This document shows, one piece after another, positions 26,785 through 37,400 of a stretch of 64,000 nt of DNA. How positions within the stretch are numbered: position 1 is the first letter of the stretch; every line of letters begins with the position of its first letter. The notes under the pieces were generated by a model. It was not told the origin of the DNA. It was given only the letters and a program-made list of their open reading frames with translations, and did not search any database. Source of the DNA: Rhodothermales bacterium (GTDB lineage: Bacteria; Bacteroidota; Rhodothermia; Rhodothermales; Bin80); the NCBI GenBank assembly GCA_958296045.1, contig CATQHT010000003.1, positions 71,246 through 135,245 on the forward strand. The letters run 5' to 3'. A program made the translations under genes and the position numbers.

Positions 26785-27035
26785 ATGGCGCTTGACCTTA
26801 CAGGTATCTCCAACGAGAACGAGTTGTTTTCGGGCTGCTATCTGGGCACGCTTCTGGAGCAGAACTAAAAGGGCTGGGTCGGCAAGGTGGTCACGGAAGA
26901 GGGCACCCTGCCACCTTGGCGTGAGCTGCAGGCGCTTCGGAAGTCATTCTTGGTGGTCAGCGATGAAGGGGCTGGCTTAGCGCAGCAGCGCGAATGGCTT
27001 CGGCGCGCTCTGTGGGCGCTGGGGTTCACGAACCA
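26785..27035 (+). pseudogene. N-terminal remnant of an unidentified larger gene (in-frame TAA, then truncated by an IS21 fragment)
   Basis: MALDLTGISNENELFSGCYLGTLLEQN-TAA(26866-26868)-KGWVGKVVTEEGTLPPWRELQALRKSFLVVSDEGAGLAQQREWLRRALWALGFTNQ, all in one frame. From about 27036 the DNA is reverse-complement IS21 istA sequence. The N-terminal motif weakly recalls the N-termini of large RM/defence-type proteins (uncertain memory). Confidence 0.35.
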
Positions 27036-27707
27036 ACTGCGTGAGCGCATTCTGCAGCCCCTCAGTTAGCGCCTAAAAGCTCTCAGACTTGCAGATCGTA
27101 CCCGCCTCTCAGTTAGAGTATGCCAGAACGAAGTGGCATATGCTTAAGCGGCTGGCCCTGGATGGTCACGCCCAACTTGTTCATGCAGGTGAAGTCCGAC
27201 TGCGCCCGCTCACCGGGTTCGCATGCCTGGTCAAAGTAGACCTCCTTCCCAGGACCCGCTTCGGCTCGCCACGACTTCACACGCCGCTGCAATGTGCGCA
27301 GCTGACCCGCGTTGAACCGGCCCAGGTAGCGGCGCTGCAAGTCCTCGAACACAGCCTTGACCTCCAGCTCGGGATTCTCCTCAAAAAGGGCAGTATTTCG
27401 CCCCATACATCCGCAAACACGTCTGAACGCGTACGATACGTTCGCTGGGTCTTCATCTCACTCGGCAGTTTGCCCGCGCTGGTACTTGCGCGCGGTATTC
27501 TCGGACATACCGGCCTTCGCCGCAGCCGTTGATCGTGCCCGCTTCTCCCCGTTAACCAGCTTGAATAGTAGCTTGACTTCCTGATCGGTAACCATGCTGA
27601 ATGCATGTTGATAGGTGAACGGACCTGCCCGTACATACGCACCTCACCGATTCCTTCCCCCCTCAATTCTAGTTGTCGCCAACCGCAATACTAACTGTCG
27701 CTGAATA
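27036..27707 (-). mobile_element. 5' fragment (IRL plus about 560 nt of istA) of the same IS21-family element as 50387..54321
   Basis: The reverse complement of 27665-27707 (cagcgacagttagtattgcggttggcgacaactagaatt) matches the left end at 50391-50430. The minus ORFs encode …EENPELEVKAVFEDLQRRYLGRFNAGQLRTLQRRVKSWRAEAGPGKEVYFDQACEPGERAQSDFTCMNKLGVTIQGQP, about 85% identical to IstA at 50498. It is frameshifted and truncated near ggggctgcagaatgcgctcacgcag. Confidence 0.8.
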
Positions 27708-27869
27708 CACGCCGAAAAGATCCGCCTCACGCAAAGGTCTGCCTACGAGGCATGTACGGAGGCCCTCGGTGGGTATGTACTGCGCACCAGCCACGCGGAG
27801 TGGTCGGTCAAGAAAATCGCACAGACCTATTGGCAGCTAGGAGAGAGCGAACGCACGTTCCGCACCATG
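27708..27869 (+). pseudogene. IS1634/IS4-like transposase gene fragment (upstream half of the C-terminal region)
   Basis: The frame reads …TEALGGYVLRTSHAEWSVKKIAQTYWQLGESERTFRTM up to the IS21 insertion point. It is truncated upstream by the IS21 fragment ending at 27707. Confidence 0.55.
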
Positions 27870-28140
27870 TGCGTATTCCGCTTCAAATCGACCAGTGGTT
27901 CCACGGCAAATCGACCACCGATTCCACGGCAAATCGACCAGTGGTTCCACGGGAAATCGACCACCTGAGCTGGCGCGCGCCGACCGGTGGCGGCGGGGTG
28001 TAGGAGGTCGGTTAACGGGCCTGCCAAATTGGCAGTCTGGCGGAGTTAGAAACGGGTTATTGTTGCCTGTCGCGGGTGATGGCGGCAGGGCAAGCGCAGG
28101 TGGTATCGTACCCTCTTTACTTACCAAAAGAGGGGTACTT

Positions 28141-29703
28141 ATGCCAAACAAGAGGGTTGTTATGCGTGTTTTGTGGGACGTTCTGCGGTTGTCTGCGGAG
28201 TCTGATTTGAGCGTACGTGGTATCGGTCGTGCGCTGGGAATATCGCACAGCACGGTACTTGGTTACTTGCGTCGTGCTAAGGCAGCGGGTGTGCATTGGC
28301 CTTTGCCCGAGGGTATGCCGGAGGCCAAGTTGAAGGCATTGCTTTATGGTCCGCCGGAGGTTGCCAAGGAGACGCGTCCGTTGCCGGACTGGTCCGAGGT
28401 GGAGCGTAAGATGCAGGTCAAGGGGTTCACGCGGCGCCTGATGTGGGAGCGGTACAGGCGGGACCACAGCGATGGTTACGGCTACAGCAAGTTCTGCGCT
28501 CTTTACTCTGCCTGGAAGAAGGAATTTGGCCAGGTGACGGTTCCGATGGATCATCCTGCGGGTCATTCGGCCTTCGTGGACTATGCAGGCATGCGCCTGG
28601 AGGCGATAGACCAGCTTACGCGTAAGCGGCGTCGGGTGGAGACCTTTGTTGGTGTGCTGGGATTCTCCAATTATCTCTACGTTGAGGCGACGTGGACGCA
28701 GCGTCTTGGGGACTGGCTGGGCTCGCATCGTCGCATGTTCGAGGCTTTCGGGGCGGTGCCTTCCTATGTGGTCTGTGACAATTTGAAGAGTGGCGTGCGC
28801 AAGGCCCACCGATACGATCCGGAGATCAATCCGTCGTATCAGGACCTTGCGATGCACTACAAGACCGTGGTTGTGCCTACGCGTCCCGGGAAGCCCAGGG
28901 ACAAGGCCAAGGTCGAGCAAGCCGTGTTGCATGCAGAGAGGCGCATTCTGGCTCCGTTAAGCGATAAGCGTTTCATCGGTCTAGCGCACGTGAACCGGCA
29001 CATTCGTGTCCATCTGAAGGAGCTTAACGAGCGGCCTTTTCAGAAGCTGGAAGGCAGTCGTAAGAGCTGGTTTGACACGTGGGAGCGCTCAGCGATGAAG
29101 CCCTTGCCGGCGGAGCCGTACGAGCACGCGGAGTGGCGCAAAGCCAAGGTGCACAGAGATGCGCACATCGAGGTGCGCTGGCACCGTTATAGCGTTCCTT
29201 ATCGATATGTAGGTCGTTCGGTACAGGTTCGCCTTACAGATACCACCCTGGAGGTATTTTTTGACGACAAACGGGTGGCGACGCACCCGCGTAGCCACCA
29301 GAAAGGGGTCACCACCAAGGATGAACACATGCCGGACGCCCAACGCCAAATGAACGATATGAGCCGCTTCGTAACCGAGGCAGAACGCATCGGGCCGGAC
29401 ACACACAATATCGTGCGGCAGATCATCGATGCTGAGCGGCACCCGCTGATTCGTTACCGCACGCTCATGGGCCTGCTCCGCTTGGCTCGCATCTACGGTA
29501 AGAGCCGCATGGAAAACGCGTGTACGCGGGCAATCGCTATCGGCACCCGCTCGTACAGGAGCATCGCGTCCATCCTGAAGAATGGACTCGACAAGCATCC
29601 GCTGGACTCGGTGTCTCCGCCTCCCATAGACCATGACAACATCCGGGGCCCAAGCTATTACGACACCAAATCGGATTCTCCTCACCAAACCTCGAAGGAC
29701 TGA
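28141..29703 (+). CDS. istA: IS21-family transposase IstA
   Basis: 520 aa from the ATG at 28141. It has an N-terminal HTH (GIGRALGISHSTVLGYLRR) and an rve/DDE core (…VDYAGMRL…VVCDNLKSGV…). Confidence 0.9.
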   Translation: MPNKRVVMRVLWDVLRLSAESDLSVRGIGRALGISHSTVLGYLRRAKAAGVHWPLPEGMPEAKLKALLYGPPEVAKETRPLPDWSEVERKMQVKGFTRRLMWERYRRDHSDGYGYSKFCALYSAWKKEFGQVTVPMDHPAGHSAFVDYAGMRLEAIDQLTRKRRRVETFVGVLGFSNYLYVEATWTQRLGDWLGSHRRMFEAFGAVPSYVVCDNLKSGVRKAHRYDPEINPSYQDLAMHYKTVVVPTRPGKPRDKAKVEQAVLHAERRILAPLSDKRFIGLAHVNRHIRVHLKELNERPFQKLEGSRKSWFDTWERSAMKPLPAEPYEHAEWRKAKVHRDAHIEVRWHRYSVPYRYVGRSVQVRLTDTTLEVFFDDKRVATHPRSHQKGVTTKDEHMPDAQRQMNDMSRFVTEAERIGPDTHNIVRQIIDAERHPLIRYRTLMGLLRLARIYGKSRMENACTRAIAIGTRSYRSIASILKNGLDKHPLDSVSPPPIDHDNIRGPSYYDTKSDSPHQTSKD

Positions 29704-30482
29704 TGCTCCTACACCCTACCCTTGACAAGCTCGAGCAGATGCGTCTGCATGGCATGGCGCGCGCGCTGCGTGATCAGCTTACCCAACCGGAAATGGAACA
29801 GCTCCCGTTCATGGACCGCCTGGGCCTATTGGTTGACCACGAGGAGATCGTGCGATACAACAATCGCCTGCGGTCGCGCCTACGCCGCGCCCGGTTACGC
29901 CAGGAGGCCTCCATGGCCGATCTGGACTATCGTCGCGGTCGCAATCTGGATCGGCGCCTGATGGCCTCGCTTTCCACCTGCGACTGGGTGGGCAAACATC
30001 ACAATGTGATCATTACCGGACCCACCGGTGTCGGCAAGAGCTTCGTGGCGTGCGCGCTGGCGCATAAAGCCTGCATGGAGGGGTTCACCGTACGCTACCA
30101 CCGACTGCATCGTCTTCTGGAAGATCTGCAACTCGCGCACGGGGACGGACGCTTCCTGAAACTGCTGAAGCAGTTGACGCGCTTCCACCTACTGGTTCTC
30201 GATGACTGGGGGTTGTCACGAATCAGTGCGCTGCACCAGCGGGATCTGCTTGAGCTCATCGATGATCGGTATCAGAAGGGATCCATCGTCGTTACCAGTC
30301 AGATGCCTGTGAGTGTGTGGCACGAAGGCATGGAAGACCCAACACTCGCTGATGCTATCCTGGATCGCCTCATTCACAATGCACACCACATCGCGCTGAA
30401 GGGAGAGTCCATGAGACAGCGTCTGCCACAATGGCAGAACCTTCCAGAGAAGACAAGCGTAACTGACGCCAGACAGCCGTGA
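29703..30482 (+). CDS. istB: IS21-family ATP-binding helper IstB
   Basis: 259 aa with Walker A GPTGVGKSF, Walker B LLVLDDWG and the C-terminal DAILDRLIHNAH. Confidence 0.9.
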   Translation: MLLHPTLDKLEQMRLHGMARALRDQLTQPEMEQLPFMDRLGLLVDHEEIVRYNNRLRSRLRRARLRQEASMADLDYRRGRNLDRRLMASLSTCDWVGKHHNVIITGPTGVGKSFVACALAHKACMEGFTVRYHRLHRLLEDLQLAHGDGRFLKLLKQLTRFHLLVLDDWGLSRISALHQRDLLELIDDRYQKGSIVVTSQMPVSVWHEGMEDPTLADAILDRLIHNAHHIALKGESMRQRLPQWQNLPEKTSVTDARQP

Positions 30483-30616
30483 AAATGGTACCCAGAACAG
30501 TCACGATGCAGCGCTATCCAGCGCGGACTCAGCACGCCGAATCAGGTGGTCGATTAACCGTGGAATCGGTGGTCGCCATACCGTGGAACGAGTGGTTTTT
30601 TTCCGTGGAATATGCA

Positions 30617-30966
30617 CCATGAAATCGGATCTTGGATTACGTCCGATCTACCACAGTCGGGACCTTCGTATAGAAGCCTATCTCTTCCTGTCCATTCTCG
30701 CCTTTCACGCAGCGCATCTGGTACGCAGCCGATTGAAAACCGGCGACATCCACAGCAGCTGGGGCACACTCACGGTCAAGCTCAACCAGATGCATCGTGT
30801 AACAACCGTGCTCTCACAAGACGCAACCCATTGCACCCTACTCAAGAAAGACGAGGACCACAAGCCGTTCCACTGTAAAGTCTTCCGCGCGATGGGGCTC
30901 AAAACCAGCACGTACACCCGCAGAATGAAAGTAAGGCGTCCCTCTGAAGAGCATGCGAACATGTAA
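30617..30966 (+). pseudogene. IS1634/IS4-like transposase gene fragment (distal part)
   Basis: It continues the interrupted frame: (M)KSDLGLRPIYHSRDLRIEAYLFLSILAFHAAHLVRSRLKTGDIHSSWGTLTVKLNQMHRVTTVL…, the conserved C-terminal block of IS1634-type DDE transposases. Confidence 0.6.
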
Positions 30967-31364
30967 AACACACCTGCCACAACCGCCCTTCTAACCTTCC
31001 CTGTATGTCAGGGATGTGTTACCTCACGAAAAAAATCCACTACATTGACCAACTTGGGGTAGGACCCGCTGCGCTGGACAGCGGGCAGGAGGAGGGCTGT
31101 CCTAACAGCGCAAGGGAATAGCACGCCAGCGCCAATCAAACGGCTGGAGACGCCGCAGCGGACCGACGAATACACAAAGCCGACCCAACCCATTTTTGCA
31201 AAAGCGCTACCTTTTCGGGGCATGACTGGTGCCCTGCACCGCTGGCTGCGCTGAGCAAGATCCAAACGGCCTATAGCGATACATGGTCGAAGGGAATCCC
31301 CAAATGTGCCTAGTGCCGGCACCCTGGCGAGCGACAGTACCAACCTACGCGCCGAATACATCTC

Positions 31365-32438
31365 CTACGCTACGGTAATCGCTGGATTCAAGTAGACATC
31401 CTGTACCGCATGCAAGAGTGCAACCCCCTCCTCCATCGGACACTGAAACGCTTTTCTACCTGCCAACAGACCCATCCCTCCCCCGCGCTTGTTGATTACC
31501 GCAGCGCGCACCGCCTGGCGAACACTGTTGGCGCTACTCGCACCACCAGAATGGATAACACCACTGTACCCACCATATGCCAACAGCACCTGGTATCTGG
31601 TTAGATCGATAGGATGCCCGGTCGCGAGCTCGGTATAGATACGATGATCCACCGGAGGACCGCCAGGCTGCACGGCAAGCAGCCCTCGATTGCGGAGCGG
31701 CTGCTTCTGTTTGATAAAATCCGGCTGTATGGTCATACCCTGATGGATGGCCTCACCAGTCAGGTCGGCCGCAAACATCAGGTCGCGACCCCGTGCTGCC
31801 ATCACTCTGGGGTGCAGATAGCAGAAAAGTACCGTGGCCATCCCGGTCGCATGAGCTTCGGCAAACGCTGCCGTAACCTCCTGAAGCTGACGCCGCGCCT
31901 CGGGACCGCCAAAGTAGATGGTCGCCGCTACGGCCACGCACCCCATCGCGGCCGCTTCACGAACCCGTGCAAACATGATGTTGTCGTAGCGAGTTGGAAA
32001 TGCAAACTGCTCATCATGATTGATCTTGAGAATGAGCGGCACACGGTGTGCCACCGCACGCGCAACAGCACCGAGTGCTCCAAAGGTCGTCACCACGCCG
32101 CTGCTGCCGCCCCTTAGAGCCAACCTAGCAACCTGCTTCGGATCGAAATACGCCGGATTCGGCGCGAATACCATGCCTGCAGTATGGGCCACGCCATGGT
32201 CAATAGGCAACAGACTGAGGTAGCCGGTGCCTCCCAGCCGTCCTGCCGCAAACAACCGCTGGATTGATGCCAGCACACGAGGGTTCCGGTCCGACCGCAA
32301 CGCGATACGATCCACGAAGTCCGGTCCCGGCACCACCAGCCGGTCGGCCGGGACCTTCGCACATCGGTGACTAAGAAGATCTGACGCTTCCGCCCCGAGT
32401 AACCCCCTCAGCTTCTGCATGGACCCCGCGTCACGCAC
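31365..32438 (-). CDS. class I (DhnA/FbaB-type) fructose-bisphosphate aldolase family protein
   Basis: 357 aa with …GTGYLSLLPIDHGVAHTAG…PLILKINHDE…ATIYFGG…, the DeoC/FbaB TIM-barrel pattern. It overlaps the upstream gene by 8 nt. Confidence 0.65.
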   Translation of the reverse strand: MRDAGSMQKLRGLLGAEASDLLSHRCAKVPADRLVVPGPDFVDRIALRSDRNPRVLASIQRLFAAGRLGGTGYLSLLPIDHGVAHTAGMVFAPNPAYFDPKQVARLALRGGSSGVVTTFGALGAVARAVAHRVPLILKINHDEQFAFPTRYDNIMFARVREAAAMGCVAVAATIYFGGPEARRQLQEVTAAFAEAHATGMATVLFCYLHPRVMAARGRDLMFAADLTGEAIHQGMTIQPDFIKQKQPLRNRGLLAVQPGGPPVDHRIYTELATGHPIDLTRYQVLLAYGGYSGVIHSGGASSANSVRQAVRAAVINKRGGGMGLLAGRKAFQCPMEEGVALLHAVQDVYLNPAITVA

Positions 32439-33450
32439 TGACCAAGTCTACGGGAAGGGACGTCTCCAAGGATTGCGTAGCGGCCAGAGCGATCTCTACA
32501 GAGACTCGCGCATCCTCACCCGACAAAGGAGAATCCCGCCCATGCAAAATCGCGTCAGCAAAAGCCCGGAGCTCAGCTACATACGCGTCACGGTAACGCT
32601 CAATAAAGAAGTGGTGCGGATTGTCCCGGCGCTCACCATCCTTGCCCAGAATCACGGCTGAGTTCGGTGACACGTTTTCCACCCGGATGCTGCCCTTGCT
32701 GCCGAATACCTCCAGGCGCTGGTCATAGCCGAACGTTGCCTTACGGCTATTCTCAATAGTGATGAGCGTACCATCCTCTGCCTGCAGAAGGACCGTGGCC
32801 GTGTCCACATCACCGATCGCTCCAATGGCGGAATTGATACGAACCGCGCCTGTAGCAAACACGCGCCGAATCGGCTGACCCAGCAAGAAATGCGTCATGT
32901 CGAAGTCATGAATCGACATGTCAAGAAAAAGACCCCCAGATTTCTTGAGGAATTCCAGCGACGGCGGCGCCGGATCGCGGCTGGCAATATGAATCGAATG
33001 CGGAACACCAATCTCCTCGGTCACAATTGCACGTTGTACCCTCTGGAATCCGGCATCGAATCGTCGCTGATAACCCACCTGCAGCAAAACGCCGCCATCC
33101 CGAACGGCCCGCAGCGCGCGATCAATGCGCTCAAGGGACAGATCCAACGGCTTTTCACAGAAAATGTGCTTCCCGCTCGCGGCAGCTGCCTCAATGATCT
33201 CCGTATGGGTTGTGCTGGAGGTGCAAATGACGACGGCGTTAATGGCCGCATCATGCAACACATGCTCCAAGCGCGTAGTCCACGACACACCATACCGGTC
33301 TGCACATGCGCGCGCCGAGGCAGCATCCAGATCCACCACAGCGGCTAACATTGCCGCAGGTATGTGGCGCGCCAAATGCTCAGCGTGCATGCTCCCGATC
33401 CTCCCCGCACCAATCAATGCTACGGACAACGCCTTCCTGTCGCCAGCCAT
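32431..33450 (-). CDS. Gfo/Idh/MocA-family NAD(P)-dependent oxidoreductase (inositol 2-dehydrogenase-like)
   Basis: 339 aa with the N-terminal Rossmann motif LSVALIGAGRIGSMHAEHL and …HIFCEKPL… (EKP motif). The C-terminal alpha/beta domain is present. Confidence 0.85.
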   Translation of the reverse strand: MAGDRKALSVALIGAGRIGSMHAEHLARHIPAAMLAAVVDLDAASARACADRYGVSWTTRLEHVLHDAAINAVVICTSSTTHTEIIEAAAASGKHIFCEKPLDLSLERIDRALRAVRDGGVLLQVGYQRRFDAGFQRVQRAIVTEEIGVPHSIHIASRDPAPPSLEFLKKSGGLFLDMSIHDFDMTHFLLGQPIRRVFATGAVRINSAIGAIGDVDTATVLLQAEDGTLITIENSRKATFGYDQRLEVFGSKGSIRVENVSPNSAVILGKDGERRDNPHHFFIERYRDAYVAELRAFADAILHGRDSPLSGEDARVSVEIALAATQSLETSLPVDLVSA

Positions 33451-33469
33451 AACGCCTACACGAATCTTG

Positions 33470-34435
33470 TCAGAGCCCTAACGTTTCCAGGTATGCCCGA
33501 TTGCGGGCCGCACTCTCCCGGGGAGTGCCCATGCCGGGCAGCACATCCTGTTCCACCACGATCCAGCCGCGATAACAGGCAGCCTGCAGCCGCTCAACAA
33601 GCGCGGGAAAATCCACACCACCCGCACCCAGTTCGCAGAACAAGCCGCGCTCAACCGCCTCAAAATAGCTCCACCCCCGCGTGCGGGCTTGCTCAGCGAT
33701 GCCATCATGGCAGTCCTTGAAGTGGATATAGGTGATGCGATCTTGGAACATATCTAAGCCGTCCATCACAAGGCTGGATGAACCTGCTCCGTAGGCAAAG
33801 TGGCCCGTATCGAAAACCAAGCCAAGGTCCTCAGGATTCGTCCGGTCCATCAGCTGACCTATTTCTTCCGGTGTCTCAACGAATCCCGCGCAATGATGAT
33901 GAAATACCGTGCGTAAGCCAACTTCCTGTCTCACCGCACGAGCCACCGCCGTTGCGCCTTGGGCCACTACGTCCCAATCTGAGGAGGAGAGCCCCATTGC
34001 TGGCGTGATCCGACCGGCATGAAGGGTCCGAACTGGATCTGCTGCATTGGCATCCGCCAGCACCAGTACCGCAGGATCATCCAGATCCCCTGCCGCACCC
34101 AAAAGCCGGGCCGTCCGCACCGCGGAGCGGATACCGTAAGCATGAGCATCCTGGCGAGTAAGCGCTACTGGTACAAAGGCGCCGCGCAGCGATAGCGCTC
34201 GCTCTGTTAGCGCCTGACGAAGCTTTTCAGGCTCAGTGGGCATGAAGCCCCAGTCGCCAAGCTCCGTACCCGTATATCCGGTCGCCTTGAGCTCATCGAG
34301 CATTTGCGCATACCCAATAGGGCTACCAGACACACCCTCGAACTCCAGCGTACCCCACGAGCAAGGCGCGTTGGCCAAGCGAATACCAGAAACCACCCTA
34401 TCCACCCGTGAACAGGTCACTGGCACGCGCCTCAA
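33470..34435 (-). CDS. xylose-isomerase-like TIM-barrel protein (IolE/inosose-dehydratase-like)
   Basis: …IRLANAPCSWGTLEFEG…GYTGTELGDWGF…FHHHCAGFVETPEE…FDTGHFAYG…IHFKDC… A likely real start is the GTG at 34396 (MVSGIRLANAPCSWG), just after the upstream stop at 34398. Confidence 0.7.
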   Translation of the reverse strand: MRRVPVTCSRVDRVVSGIRLANAPCSWGTLEFEGVSGSPIGYAQMLDELKATGYTGTELGDWGFMPTEPEKLRQALTERALSLRGAFVPVALTRQDAHAYGIRSAVRTARLLGAAGDLDDPAVLVLADANAADPVRTLHAGRITPAMGLSSSDWDVVAQGATAVARAVRQEVGLRTVFHHHCAGFVETPEEIGQLMDRTNPEDLGLVFDTGHFAYGAGSSSLVMDGLDMFQDRITYIHFKDCHDGIAEQARTRGWSYFEAVERGLFCELGAGGVDFPALVERLQAACYRGWIVVEQDVLPGMGTPRESAARNRAYLETLGL

Positions 34436-37400
34436 GGCGGACCATCATATCTACGTGTTCCTGGAGCTGGGCTTCCAACGAGCGCTTGCGCTCTTGAGCA
34501 TCTGCTCCCACACTCTGGAAACCCTGCGACGTGAAACGGTACAGGTATCCGAGCTGATCAATCAACATAGGAGCCGGATAGCTGTCACCACGCTTGGTGA
34601 CTACCGCATCCTTAAGCCGCTGCAGCTCGGTGCGCAGCCCGCCAGCCCGCTCATCGCTAAGAATCGCCTCGTGCAATGTGTCAATCCTGGCGACCAGACC
34701 CCGGGCCTGCTGCATCACGTCAAAAAGCTCCAGATTGAATGCCAACTGCTGCTCCAGATCTGCCTGCGCTATGCCGTCGGCCGCTAGGCGGGGATCCATC
34801 AGTATCGTGAGCGGCTGCGATGCACGCCAGGACCCGCTTTCTAGCGTTACCATGTAGCTGCCCGGCACCGCCCGGGGACCTGCCCCTACGCCGCGCGCAC
34901 CGTCATACCTCAATTCCCAGACCAGCCGGTGCATGCCCGCGCTCACATCCAAGGTTCCGGCGCCCCGCCGAGGAGCAGGCGCCGCACGCATGCCCTGCTC
35001 CTCCTGCGCCATGGCCCTGCGCGGGGCCGAACCTGAATAAGACCTCACCACCCGACCACCCGCGTCCGCGATTGTCAGCCTAACCGAATCGCGCTGGTCG
35101 TCTGCAAAATAGTAATCGATTATTGCCCCTGGCGGCGGATACTCAGCAGCTGCAGCATTCCGCCTCCCGGAAGAATAGCGGATGTTGTACGCTGGACGTA
35201 TCAGGTACAGATGCCGCGACGCACCGCTACTGACCACCTCGGGCAGCGTGTGCAGCGTCGTGACGTTGTCCATAATGTAGAACCCACGACCCATGGTCGA
35301 TAGCACTAGGTCCTGGCGGTGCACGCGGATCCCCGTCACTGGCGTTATAGGCAAGTCGCGCTGCAGAGACTGCCACTGAAGCCCATCATCGAAAGAGACG
35401 AAGAGGCCGAACTCCGTTCCCGCATACAACAGGCCTTCACGGTCCGGGTCTTCACGCACCACGCGAGTCGGAGAGCCGCCCGGGATACCATTGTCCCCCG
35501 ACGTCAGCAATGTCCACGATGCCCCGAAGTCCTCCGTCCGGTAAATGTACGGACTGAAGTCACCCAAGAGGTAACGGTAACCAGCGATGTACGCTTTGCC
35601 CGCCATGTGTGGCGAAGGCTCAATCGTCTGTATCCGCCCTTCCGGCGGCATCGCCTCAGGCGTTACATCTGTCCACGTTGCACCACCGTCACGCGTCACA
35701 TGCACCGGTCCATCATTGGCGCCAGTCCAGATAACGTCAGGATCATGCGGCGACACTTCTATGACATACAACGTGCTGTAGTGCTCCTCACCGGTGATGT
35801 CACGCGTAATGGGAGCGCCAGATACCACCTGCCGCTCCGGCCGAAAGGCGGTAAGGTCCGGGCTGATCGTCTCCCATGTTCTACCTTCATCTAAGGTACG
35901 ATGCACATATTGGGATCCGTGGTAAATCACCTGCGGATCGTGAGGCGAAATTTCAATAGGTACGACGCGCTGAAAACGATACGGAAGCGTCGCAGGATTC
36001 ACACCGTACAGATAAACCCCGCCCACATAGTAATGCTGCTCCTGCCCCGTGGTGCGACTGTAACGCCGAAACGTCCCCTTACAGTTACTGTAAACCACAT
36101 CTGGATTCCGAGGGTGCGGCACGGCAGGCCCGGTTTCACATCCCCCTATCGCCTCCCAGTATGACTCGGCTCCGCCCGGACGATACTCCGGCGGTACGCT
36201 CGGGACCGCAATAGTGGTATTGTCCTGCTGACCCGCATATACCCAGTACGGAAACCTGTTGTCGACATCTATCTGGTACAGCTCCGCCGTAGGCTGATTG
36301 TGCTGGGTACTCCATGTGGCTCCACCGTCCAGCGTCACGTTTGCTCCGCCGTCGTTGGATTGAATCATGATGTTGGTGTCGTTTGGATTGATCCATATGT
36401 CGTGGTTATCGCCATGCGGCGTCGCTACGCGCCGCCATGTCGCACCGGCATCATCGGATCGGTGTAGACCCAAATTGTTGACCCACACTACATCCGCATC
36501 CAATGGGTCGGCATCCACGTTCGTGTAGTAAAACGGGCGCGTCATGAGGTAGCCCTCGTTACTGATAAGCCGCCAGGTGCGCCCCCGGTCGTTGGAACGA
36601 TATAGCCCTTCAACCTCTGGACGGGCTTCTACCAATGCATAGACGCGGCTGGGGTCAGCAGCCGTGACCGCAAAGTCTATCTTGCCCGTCAAACCATCCG
36701 GCAGCCCCTCGCGTGATCTGGTCCATGTATCGCCTGCATCCTCGGAAACGTAGATGCCATTCTCTTTGTCATCGCCACTAATGATGGTCCACGGCTTGCG
36801 CTCCGCGCGCCACATGGCCGCGTAAACTACATCTGCATTGGCCGGATTAAGCTCGATATCCACGGCACCGGTCTGGTCCGAAACAAACAGCAATTGCTGC
36901 CAGGTCAGTCCGCCGTCAACAGTCTTGTAGACGCCGCGCTCGGGGTTTGCACGAAACGGGTTGCCAAGAGCGGCGACATACACGATGTCTGGGTTCGTGG
37001 GGTGAACCACCACCGCGCCAATCTGACCTGCCTGCTTCAGGCCCGCGAATGTCCATGACTGGCCACCATCGGTCGACTTGTACATCCCGCGACCTATGAT
37101 CACGTTGCTGCGGATGCCATCGGATCCGGTGCCGACGTAAACGATATCCGCATCGCTGTCCGCTACATCTATCGCACCGATCGATCCCGTCGAGAATGCA
37201 CCATCCGACACGTTGAGCCACGACTGTCCAGCATCCTCCGTCTTCCAAACGCCCCCGCCAGTGGCCCCCATATAGAAGGTACGGGGAGTGTCACGATGGC
37301 CTGCCACGGCTGTCACACGGCCACCGCGAGCCGGCCCGATCATCCGGTACTGAAGGCCCTCGAAATGCGCTTCATCGTAGATTGCTAACGTGCCATCCTG

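Larger units (their letters stand above)
27870..30616 (+). mobile_element. complete IS21-family insertion sequence (type 1), 2747 bp
   Basis: The ends are tgcgtattcc… / …ggaatatgca (TG…CA). Multiple subterminal repeats of aaatcgaccaNNggttccacgg occur at both ends (27885-27970; 30540-30610). It carries istA-istB with an ATGA overlap. A 5-bp TSD ccatg lies at 27865-27869 and 30617-30621. Excision restores …ERTFRTMKSDLGLRPIYH. Confidence 0.9.

Noticed and set aside
27885-27970. Closely spaced about 20-bp direct repeats (aaatcgacca..ggttccacgg) that look array-like
   Set aside because: They are mirrored in inverted orientation at 30540-30610. They are the multiple terminal transposase-binding repeats typical of IS21 ends, not CRISPR or satellite DNA.
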